From: Chloroflexota bacterium
GTDB lineage: Bacteria; Chloroflexota; Dehalococcoidia; JACPPY01
Length of the DNA: 64,000 nt
NCBI GenBank assembly: GCA_016190755.1
Contig: JACPPY010000047.1
Coordinates: 13,752 to 77,751 of the forward strand
Direction of reading: 5' to 3'
In this document: one piece after another, positions 56,248 to 64,000 of the stretch
Layout: the number at the start of each line of letters is the position of its first letter
How positions within the stretch are numbered: position 1 is the first letter of the stretch
Program-made: the position numbers and the translations under genes
The notes under the pieces: generated by a model
What the model was told of the DNA's origin: nothing
Seen by the model: only the letters and a program-made list of their open reading frames with translations
The model's database searches: none

Positions 56248-56502
56248 CTAAAAGGGTATGCCAGCATACATGATGGCCAACGACGCATGTATGACCACCG
56301 AGGCCCCGAGTATGTACCAAAGGTAGCAGTGGAACTTGTAGAAGCGTTGGTAATAGTGGTTCTTCAGCAGGTTCTTCCCGACCCTCGACATGGGAAGGCA
56401 ACGGCAGCTCGAAGAGATGAACAGCAGCGTCAGGAAGTTCAAAATACCCAGAATGAAAATGACCCTGGCAGCTCCAACTGACTGGAACACACTTGTATCC
56501 AT
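56248..56502 (-). CDS. Small two-TM membrane protein
   Basis: Two hydrophobic segments, SSCRC motif, His at KFH and VIH; start uncertain (56502 or 56511). Confidence 0.6.
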   Translation of the reverse strand: MDTSVFQSVGAARVIFILGILNFLTLLFISSSCRCLPMSRVGKNLLKNHYYQRFYKFHCYLWYILGASVVIHASLAIMYAGIPF

Positions 56503-56666
56503 GTCACACATAATACCACAGGAGCAGGCGGTGGGTTTGCGAAAGTGAATATTCCTGGCATGGCAGGCAGCGCTTGACTCGTTTCCACCATAGTGCTATC
56601 GTGAAGCAACTTCATCGGTCCGTTTCTATCACCAATGACGATCTGCAAGTTAAGCGGCATGAGACC

Positions 56667-57584
56667 ATGACCACAGCAGCCTCCGGCCTGGTTTTCAACA
56701 TCCAACGGTTCAGCATACATGACGGACCGGGGATACGCACGACCGTTTTTTTGAAGGGCTGCCCCCTGCGCTGTAAGTGGTGCTGCAACCCCGAGTCCTG
56801 GCCTCAACGGTTCGACCTTATTTTCAATGAGTCCCTCTGTAACGGATGTAAAGCCTGCATCGATGCCTGCCCCCGGCAGGCGCTCACCGTTGCCGACGCG
56901 TCGGGGAAGGCGCGAATCTGGCGCGGCAAGTGCGATCGCTGTCTCAAGTGCGTGGAACGGTGTCCCACCGGCGCTCTGCGCCGCTGCGGCGACTATTATT
57001 CCCCCGAACGTGTCATGGCGGAAATAATGAGCGACTCGCTCTTCTACCGCAATTCAGGGGGGGGCGTGACGTTCTCCGGCGGAGAGCCTCTGTTGCAGGG
57101 CGATTTTTTGCTCCGGCTTTTGATGGATTGCAAGAGCAAAGGGCTGCACACAGCCCTGGAGACTTCGGGCTACTCCAGGCCAGAGGTACTGGAAAAGGCG
57201 GCCAGTTACACGGACCTAATCCTCTATGACATCAAGCATACCGACCCCACGCAGCATCAATGGGCCACGGGGAAGTCCAACGCCCTGATTATAAAGAATG
57301 TCCGGCTGGCTGCGCTGCGGCTGACGAAGGTATGGCTGCGCGTTCCACTTATTCCCGGCTTCAACGACACTACAGAAAATCTCAGCCAGGTCGCAGCTAT
57401 CGCCCGGGAGGTGAGCGCACAAAAGGTCTCCCTTCTACCGTACCACGAGTACGGGCTTTTCAAGTACCGCCAGTTGGGGATAAGATACGGGGGTTCCCAG
57501 TATCGGCCTATGGCCGAGGCGCATGTCGAGGAATGCAAACGCGTCGTGGAAAAAAGCGGCGCCAGATGCGAGATAGGAAGATAG
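56667..57584 (+). CDS. Glycyl-radical enzyme activating radical SAM protein with ferredoxin insert
   Basis: HDGPGIRTTVFLKGCPLRCKWC, two CxxCxxCxxxCP clusters, SGGEP, LLPYH; start reassigned to ATG 56667. Confidence 0.95.
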   Translation: MTTAASGLVFNIQRFSIHDGPGIRTTVFLKGCPLRCKWCCNPESWPQRFDLIFNESLCNGCKACIDACPRQALTVADASGKARIWRGKCDRCLKCVERCPTGALRRCGDYYSPERVMAEIMSDSLFYRNSGGGVTFSGGEPLLQGDFLLRLLMDCKSKGLHTALETSGYSRPEVLEKAASYTDLILYDIKHTDPTQHQWATGKSNALIIKNVRLAALRLTKVWLRVPLIPGFNDTTENLSQVAAIAREVSAQKVSLLPYHEYGLFKYRQLGIRYGGSQYRPMAEAHVEECKRVVEKSGARCEIGR

Positions 57585-57606
57585 CTGGTCAAAAGGAGGG
57601 CACTTT

Positions 57607-58989
57607 ATGGGCGTAACTGAAGAACTGGTGCAGCACATTACCCATACTGAGTTCAATAATCTGGACGCCGAAACCGTCGAGCATGCCAAGAAGCGTATCA
57701 TCGATGTTATTGGATGCTCTTTCGCCGGCACCAAATCCCCCGTTTTCCCCCGCATCATCGACCTCGTACGGGAGTGGGGTGGCAAGCCGGAAAGCACGCT
57801 GCTGGCCCTGCGCGGCGGCAAGCTACCGGCCCATAATGCTGCCCTGGCCAACAGCGTCCTCGCCAGCGCGCTGGACTTCGACCCACTGCATTCCATGTAC
57901 GACGGCAAGACACAGGGTGGCCACATCAGTGGCACGACGGTGCCCGCCGCTCTTGCCGCAGCCGAGCAGAGGAACGCCAGCGGCAAACAGCTTATCACTG
58001 CCCTGGTAATCGGAGACGATATCACGGCCCGGCTGATGGCCGCTTCCGAGTACAGCCCTAGCAAAGGCAAGACTACCGGCTGGGACCCGGAAAGCACCAT
58101 CGCCACTTTCGGTACCACGGGCATTGCCGCGAGCCTTTGGGACCTCGACCAGCGCGAGACTCATAATGCCCTGGGTATCGCTCTCAATGAGGCCGCGGGC
58201 AGTATCGAGACCCTGCACGAGAAGTCCCACTGCTATAAACTCAACCAGGGATTTGGGGCACGGAACGGCATTCTAGCCGTTGAGCTGGCCAGCAAGGGGT
58301 TTATCGGCCTGAAAGAACCCTTCACCGGCGAGTACGGGTATGCTCATCTCTACTGCCGGGTCTTTAAGCCTGAGCTCATATCCAAAGGTTTGGGGGAAAA
58401 GTACTATTCAGACCACGTCATCAAACCGTACCCTGCCAACCTGTTCATACAGCCGGGCATCGCCTGCGCCCTGGAGCTGGTACGGAAAAACAAGTTCAAT
58501 GCCGAGGATATCACCGAGGTGGTCGTTACCCTGTTCGTCGAGAAAGGCCATGAGATCATCATCCAACCGTTCAAGCTTGGCGATGACCCACACATGGATG
58601 CCAACTGGAACCTTTCTTTCAACGTGGCAAGCGTTCTCTTGAGGAAGGAAATGACGCTGGAGAACGTCTCCGATGAAGCCATACGCGACCCAAGAATAAT
58701 GACGCTTACCCAAAAGACACGCATCGTGACCAAGGCCCCGCCCAAGTCCACGGACGTTGAGATCAAGGTGACTCTTAAGAATGGTAAGTCGGTGTCGGCA
58801 ACCCTCGATATGCCTATCGACGAGCCGGATTATCCGACACTGAGCCTGGACCTGGTGAAAGAGAAATTCAGGAATAACCTGGCGTACTTCGGAGGCATGA
58901 CGAAGGCTAACAGTGAGAAGATGCTGCAACTTCTGGAGAACCTCGAAAAGGTTAAGGATGTAGGCGAGGTCTTCAAGCTGTTGGCTTAG
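57607..58989 (+). CDS. MmgE/PrpD family protein
   Basis: ALDFD, H...TVPAALA, KPYP, DP.I..L patterns. Confidence 0.88.
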   Translation: MGVTEELVQHITHTEFNNLDAETVEHAKKRIIDVIGCSFAGTKSPVFPRIIDLVREWGGKPESTLLALRGGKLPAHNAALANSVLASALDFDPLHSMYDGKTQGGHISGTTVPAALAAAEQRNASGKQLITALVIGDDITARLMAASEYSPSKGKTTGWDPESTIATFGTTGIAASLWDLDQRETHNALGIALNEAAGSIETLHEKSHCYKLNQGFGARNGILAVELASKGFIGLKEPFTGEYGYAHLYCRVFKPELISKGLGEKYYSDHVIKPYPANLFIQPGIACALELVRKNKFNAEDITEVVVTLFVEKGHEIIIQPFKLGDDPHMDANWNLSFNVASVLLRKEMTLENVSDEAIRDPRIMTLTQKTRIVTKAPPKSTDVEIKVTLKNGKSVSATLDMPIDEPDYPTLSLDLVKEKFRNNLAYFGGMTKANSEKMLQLLENLEKVKDVGEVFKLLA

Positions 58990-59020
58990 CACCGGCAAAA
59001 GCCCCGGCTGGGGGAACGCA

Positions 59021-60715
59021 CTACATCTTTTCGCAGTAGGGCTGTTCTTCAGCCGGGATATAGCCCGCTCTGATCCACTTGGAACGCGAGAGGCGCGTTA
59101 TCTGCTTCCCGTCGACCGGCACATCTATCACCGTTGGCCCCCTGTTCGCAAAGGCCGCCTGAACCATCTCCGTTAGATCGGCGGGCTTCTCGAGCCGGTA
59201 ACCGGCGGCACCGAAGCTCTTTGCCAGCATGACGAAGTCCGGATTGTTCAGGTCTGTCCCGATAAACCGCTGCCGGTACTCGTAAAGCTGTATGCGGCGG
59301 AGAACCCCGTAGTAGCCGTCATTCATGACAATTATCGGAACGGACAGGTTGTTGGCGGCGCAGGTAGCCAGCTCAGCCATCTGCATCAGGAAAGAGCCAT
59401 CCCCGACGATGGACACCAGTTTCAGGTCCGGTTTGGCAAGCTTCATTCCCATGGCGCAAGGGAAAGCGTACCCCATAGAACCGTAGCCGAAACTTATCAG
59501 CAGTGTGTCAGGCTCATAGACAGTGAAATCATGCTCGTAGAACCACGTGAAAGATGACGTGGCGTCGCATATCACCCGCGCATCGTGCGGCAGTAGATCG
59601 CGCAGCGTTCTGACCATCCACCGTGGATGCAGCGGGAAGGATGGCTGGCCGCGCATGAACTCCTCAGTCTGCTGGCTACGCCATCTTTTGACCCGGGCCA
59701 GCGTCTCGGCGAGCGGACCGTTACCCTTTTTCGGGCTCAATTTCTCGTTCAGCTTAGAGAGTATATACTTTGCGTCGCCGATGAGGGTCAGCTTCGGGTT
59801 GTGCACCTGCCCCACAGCCTCGGGGCTGATGTTCACTTCGATGAGGTCCGGAGGAAGCCTCACCGTCCAGGTCAGTGTTGAGGATTCAGAGAACCTTGTG
59901 CCTATCGCCAGGCAGGCGTCCGTCTTGGCCAGTACTTCCGCGGCTCCGCCGAAAGCGAAGGTGCCGGCCGCCAGTGGATGGTCTTCCGGTATCGTCCCCC
60001 GTCCCGAACGCGATGTGAAGACGGGGGCCGAGAGCTTCTCGGCCAGGTCACGCATTTCTTTAGTGGCGCGGGCCGCAACGACACCACCCCCAGCGAACAG
60101 GCACGGGGCTGCGGATTTTTCGAGCATTCGGGCGGCCTCCTCGATGCGCGCCTCCAGCCCCCGGTCTGGCCGCCATTCCTCCTTCACAGTAGGCAGGAGC
60201 GGGGTTTCATCGCAGGTAGGAAACAGGTCGGTGGGTATCAGGACGGCTGCCGGCCCCCTTCGACCACTGGTGGCGACCCGGAAAGCTCGATTCACCGCGC
60301 CCGGTATGTCCCGCACCTGGCGGCAGAGGATCACCTCTTTTGTTATGGGGCGAAAGATGGTCTCCAGGTCGCATCTATGAACCGAGGCCCGGCTCATATA
60401 GCTGAGGGGGATCTGGGCTGCCAGCACCACCACCGGCATCGAGTCCTCGTAGGCGGAGGCTACGCCGGTCACCATGTTCGTGGCCCCCGGCCCGGGGATG
60501 CTGAAACAGACGCAGGGTTCGCCCGCAGCGCGGGCATAGCCGATGCTGGCGAAAGGGGCCGCCTGTTCGTGGCGCACGCTAATGAACTTTATGGAGGGGT
60601 CATCATACAGGATGTCAAGGACAGGCAGGGTCTGCCACCCGCCGATCCCCAAGATATATTTTGCCCCGTTTGCCTTCAATGCCTCTACCAGGAGTCTAGC
60701 CCCTGAGTTTCCCAA
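59021..60715 (-). CDS. Thiamine diphosphate-dependent enzyme, paralog of 2438-4114
   Basis: RHEQ, GPGATN, GDGSF...MND; TTG start after AGGAGG. Confidence 0.9.
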   Translation of the reverse strand: MGNSGARLLVEALKANGAKYILGIGGWQTLPVLDILYDDPSIKFISVRHEQAAPFASIGYARAAGEPCVCFSIPGPGATNMVTGVASAYEDSMPVVVLAAQIPLSYMSRASVHRCDLETIFRPITKEVILCRQVRDIPGAVNRAFRVATSGRRGPAAVLIPTDLFPTCDETPLLPTVKEEWRPDRGLEARIEEAARMLEKSAAPCLFAGGGVVAARATKEMRDLAEKLSAPVFTSRSGRGTIPEDHPLAAGTFAFGGAAEVLAKTDACLAIGTRFSESSTLTWTVRLPPDLIEVNISPEAVGQVHNPKLTLIGDAKYILSKLNEKLSPKKGNGPLAETLARVKRWRSQQTEEFMRGQPSFPLHPRWMVRTLRDLLPHDARVICDATSSFTWFYEHDFTVYEPDTLLISFGYGSMGYAFPCAMGMKLAKPDLKLVSIVGDGSFLMQMAELATCAANNLSVPIIVMNDGYYGVLRRIQLYEYRQRFIGTDLNNPDFVMLAKSFGAAGYRLEKPADLTEMVQAAFANRGPTVIDVPVDGKQITRLSRSKWIRAGYIPAEEQPYCEKM

Positions 60716-60748
60716 GATGCCCTCCTTGCATTTGCCGATCCCTTACTT

Positions 60749-61426
60749 CTATTTCCGCCCGCCGTGCGACCCGGATGACCATATCCTGATCGCCTCATCG
60801 GAGTCAAGAACGTCCCCGCCGTTGCCCATGATAAGCCGGGCGGCCTCATCCATCTCGCGCCGGGTGCTGGCGACGCAATCCTTGAGCAGCACGGCAAAAT
60901 AATCAAAGGCCGAGCAGTCTATGAAAGACGCCAAAACGCAGGCGTTGGTTACCACGCCGGTCACCGCCACCGAGGTAATTCCATTACTACGGAGGATAAG
61001 GTCGAGGTCCGTTCCATGAAACGCCGAGTTGCGGTGCTTCCGAATAATAATCTCTCCAGGCAGGGGTTTCAGCTCTTCAACGATCTGCCAGCCCCAGGTA
61101 CCCTCGATACAGGAAGGGGGCAAACCATTTGGTGAGGTTGCTCCCGCCCGCTTCATACGTGTCCTTAAGAGCGACGGGGATTCGGCGAGCGGCTCCGCGT
61201 AATACGTCATTTGCGCAAAGACCACCAGCACCCCGGCCCGGCGTGCCGCATCCAAAACACGCTTTGCACGAGGGATGATCTGATTACAGGAGGTTATGTC
61301 GTAGCCCTGCTTCTGGAGGTACCCGCCGGGCATGGCATAGTCATTCTGGATATCCACAAGCAAAAGGGCGGTCCGCCCCGGTTCCAGTATCTCTTCTACT
61401 GATAGTGGTACCCGTTTTGCGTTCAT
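60749..61426 (-). CDS. Isochorismatase-family cysteine hydrolase (RutB-like)
   Basis: VDIQND, KHRNSAF, TNACV (Asp-Lys-Cys triad); start reassigned to ATG 61426. Confidence 0.9.
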   Translation of the reverse strand: MNAKRVPLSVEEILEPGRTALLLVDIQNDYAMPGGYLQKQGYDITSCNQIIPRAKRVLDAARRAGVLVVFAQMTYYAEPLAESPSLLRTRMKRAGATSPNGLPPSCIEGTWGWQIVEELKPLPGEIIIRKHRNSAFHGTDLDLILRSNGITSVAVTGVVTNACVLASFIDCSAFDYFAVLLKDCVASTRREMDEAARLIMGNGGDVLDSDEAIRIWSSGSHGGRK

Positions 61427-61609
61427 ATTGTGCCTCCTGCTGTTGCCTTCGGCCAACTGTTTAACCAGGATAGTAGCATGATAGATACAACCCAGGCAAG
61501 TTGGTGTTCCCTTGAAGGGGAGCCGCGCTTCCCAGTCCATACGCCTGTGATAGAATGAGGCAACCTATATCAAGGCGCTGCATTTCACCGCCTTCGAGGA
61601 GAAAGAAGG

Positions 61610-62359
61610 ATGAGACTGCCGGAAAGGGTCGCCGTCATTACCGGGGCGGGAGGTATCGGTATTGGTCAGGCTATCGCCGTGACGATGGCGGAAGAAGGCG
61701 CCCGGGTCGTAGTGAATGATATCGATGGGGCCGCCGCCGAGAAGGTGGCGCGGGGAATAAGGGATGCCGGGGGCAAGGCTGCAGCCATACAAGCGGATGT
61801 AACGGTTAGTTCCCAGGTCAACGATATGGTAAGCAGGGCGCTTGAACATTTTGGGCGCATTGACATCCTGGTCAACAACGTGGGCAGGACGCGCCTGCGG
61901 CCGTTCCACCAATGCACTGATGAGGACTTCGAATTCGTGCTGAACATGAACATGAAGTCCACCTTTTACTGCACGCGTGCCGTGCTTGGCCATATGATCG
62001 AACGCCGTTCTGGCAGGATAATCAGCAATGCCTCCATCAACGGCATAATCGGCAGCCCGCTTTCCGTCGGCTACTCGGCGGCCAAAGCGGGCATTATCGG
62101 CTTCACCAGGTCGCTTGCCAAGGAGGTCGGCCAATACGGTATCACGGTGAATTGCGTGTCTCCAGGCGCTATCCTGACTCCGGGGGCTGTCGCCCTTGGC
62201 CCTGAACAGATGGAGATGATGGCGAAGAACAAATACCTTCCCACCTTCGGAGGGCCGAAGGATATCGCCCGGGCGGTGATTTTCCTCGCTTCCGAGGAAG
62301 GCGGTTACATCACCGGCCAGAACATACCCGTCTGTGGCGGGCGCAGCCTGGGGTGGTAA
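61610..62359 (+). CDS. SDR family NAD(P)-dependent oxidoreductase (FabG-like)
   Basis: TGAGGIGIG, NNVG, YSAAK, YITGQ. Confidence 0.93.
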   Translation: MRLPERVAVITGAGGIGIGQAIAVTMAEEGARVVVNDIDGAAAEKVARGIRDAGGKAAAIQADVTVSSQVNDMVSRALEHFGRIDILVNNVGRTRLRPFHQCTDEDFEFVLNMNMKSTFYCTRAVLGHMIERRSGRIISNASINGIIGSPLSVGYSAAKAGIIGFTRSLAKEVGQYGITVNCVSPGAILTPGAVALGPEQMEMMAKNKYLPTFGGPKDIARAVIFLASEEGGYITGQNIPVCGGRSLGW

Positions 62360-62504
62360 CCTCCTGCTGAGAGGAGCATGCGTGAAGCAGTAAGCAACGA
62401 GCTGGACTAAACCATTCCGAGTATCTGGTGCAACAGTATGGTGGTGTGCGCAAACATCAGGTCCACCCTCATACTATACCGAAGCCAAGGTGAAAGATAC
62501 ATCG

Positions 62505-62634
62505 TTGTCATACCCGACCCAGAGGGTGCCCCGAGCGGGTATCCAGGTAGTGTTGTTCTCCTACGACTTTTCGTCCCCTCAAGAGGCATATGCTCTCTAT
62601 CCACCTGGATTCCCGATCGGGTCGGGAATGACAA
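62505..62634. repeat. REP-like inverted palindromic pair
   Basis: TTGTCATACCCGACCC...CGGGTATCCAGGT (62505-62548) vs ACCTGGATTCCCGATCGGGTCGGGAATGACAA (62603-62634). Confidence 0.7.
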
Positions 62635-62805
62635 TCCGAGATTGATCCCTATGCCCGTAATAGCGCCGGGACAATGTTGTTCTCACTTTGGCTTCAGTTT
62701 AACCTTCTCCCCCCGACAAGTTGGGGTGTGGAGAGAGCCAGGGTGAAGGGTCCTACGTCATGCCCATTAGCTGTGTTTCCGCATTTGTTTGGAGTGGTTT
62801 ATTCT

Positions 62806-64000
62806 TCAGCCGATTTTCTTTGAGACAGCGAGGCCTTGATCGCCGACCTGGGCAATGACGCAGCTACGGTTCCGCGAAGGCATGCCGGTCACAACGATAT
62901 AAAACTCGTCCGGGTTATGTACGACAGGAACGAGCCTGCGAGGGTCATCGCTTACCCCAAAATCTGGAGGCAGCTTGCCCAACTTGACTGACTCCTTGAT
63001 GGAAAGCTCGGATTTGACCGACTGGGATTGCCTGGAAAGATGCATATCCATTTGTTCCGCTGTGATACGTGCTTTTTCAAACAGGTGCATGCGAATCCGC
63101 TTCTTATTATAGCCGGCCTTTTCCAGGATAGATGCGACCAATGGTGTTAGACAAATCACGGGATGGACTTCGGGCCCAAAGCGGGGAAGGATTGCGACTA
63201 GCTGGGAACCTAATACCCTGATGGTCTCGTTGACCAGACCCTGTAAATGTTCCTCGGCATTACCCACGCTGATATAATGCAAACCCATATCACCGCAAGA
63301 GAGTACGGTGACTACATTGTCGCTAGGGGCAAAACCCAAATCAACGCTAAGCGGAGGCCAGGGGCTGTCATATTGATTTTCAGCCAGCACAGGCATATAG
63401 TTCCGGCCGAAAGTTGCCATGTCAGTTTCGCCCAACCTGTAGTCCGCGATATTCATCATGCATAGGCGCAGAAATCTGCTGACGGAAACGTTGGCCTGCT
63501 TTTGAGGCCGGAAGACCCCCTGACCGTAATTGAAATCCAATTCCTTAACGATTGGACCGTTCAGTATAATTAACGGCGTCCATCCCAAAGTACTGCCAGC
63601 GTGCTCCAGACCGAACCTTGGCTCGGCGATAGCCTTGACTAAAGCAATTAACAGAGGCATATACTCTGGACGGCACCCTGCCATCACTCCATTCACCGCA
63701 ATGGCCCAAACAGTCGCCTGCCTGTTTCCGGGGACAAGCGTGCCTATTACTTCATCCGGCCTGCGGCCAGCGGACTTGAGCATGGCCTCAACAGCTTCAA
63801 TGGTCGGCGGTATGATCGGCAAGCCGTCCGACCAACGCTTCTGGAGGAAAAACTCGTTAACCTCGCCGAGATCTCCCTTAAAGACGATGTCCTTGGATTT
63901 CCAATCCAGGTTCTGGTTCCCGTATGCTGTCTCATCATCGCTTGTGGTTAGCTCGTGGATAAGCCCGTCCACCAACCTGGAGGTATAACTATTAACCTCA
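62806..64000 (-). CDS. Conserved protein, UGSC-family-like C-terminal region; 5' end outside the window
   Basis: WSDGLPIIPPT, IAVNGVMAGCRPEY, ILNGP, AEN..SPW; frame is open to the window edge. Confidence 0.7.
   Translation of the reverse strand, partial: EVNSYTSRLVDGLIHELTTSDDETAYGNQNLDWKSKDIVFKGDLGEVNEFFLQKRWSDGLPIIPPTIEAVEAMLKSAGRRPDEVIGTLVPGNRQATVWAIAVNGVMAGCRPEYMPLLIALVKAIAEPRFGLEHAGSTLGWTPLIILNGPIVKELDFNYGQGVFRPQKQANVSVSRFLRLCMMNIADYRLGETDMATFGRNYMPVLAENQYDSPWPPLSVDLGFAPSDNVVTVLSCGDMGLHYISVGNAEEHLQGLVNETIRVLGSQLVAILPRFGPEVHPVICLTPLVASILEKAGYNKKRIRMHLFEKARITAEQMDMHLSRQSQSVKSELSIKESVKLGKLPPDFGVSDDPRRLVPVVHNPDEFYIVVTGMPSRNRSCVIAQVGDQGLAVSKKIG

Noticed and set aside
62407..62746. Small ORFs 62407-62634 and 62438-62746
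   Set aside because: Overlap the REP-like palindrome; no RBS or motifs.

Overview
Gene-dense, GC-rich bacterial window. Its content (many class III CoA-transferases, paired acyl-CoA dehydrogenases, tungsten-type AOR, glycyl radical enzyme plus activase, a UGSC-like protein) suggests an anaerobic Chloroflexota/Dehalococcoidia-like organism; this taxon call is inference. Bases 1-35.4 kb are mostly minus-strand anaerobic catabolic genes: a truncated glycyl radical enzyme missing from the ORF track, ABC permease and binding protein, ThDP enzyme, AOR, a 2-hydroxyacyl-CoA dehydratase/BCR-like pair, three CoA-transferases, hydantoinase A/B, a lactonase, an XDH-family Mo enzyme with a frameshifted 2Fe-2S subunit, a 2-oxoacid:acceptor oxidoreductase and two DUF1445 paralogs. 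Next come an ADH/ferredoxin pair, a 1987-aa secreted S8 protease and housekeeping genes (RluA-family synthase, gltX). The standout feature is a 3.66-kb transposon-like element (51566-55223) bounded by perfect 16-bp inverted repeats. It has a doubly frameshifted SWIM-DDE transposase and a divergent four-gene cargo (Zn-ribbon regulator, DUF488, Cys/OB-like protein, RxxxxH HEPN-like protein) that looks like an uncharacterised defence or DNA-damage module. The window ends with DegV, a GRE activase, PrpD, a second ThDP enzyme, a cysteine hydrolase, an SDR, a REP-like palindrome and a partial UGSC-like gene. No rRNA, tRNA or CRISPR array was seen. All family calls come from motif recognition, without database searches.
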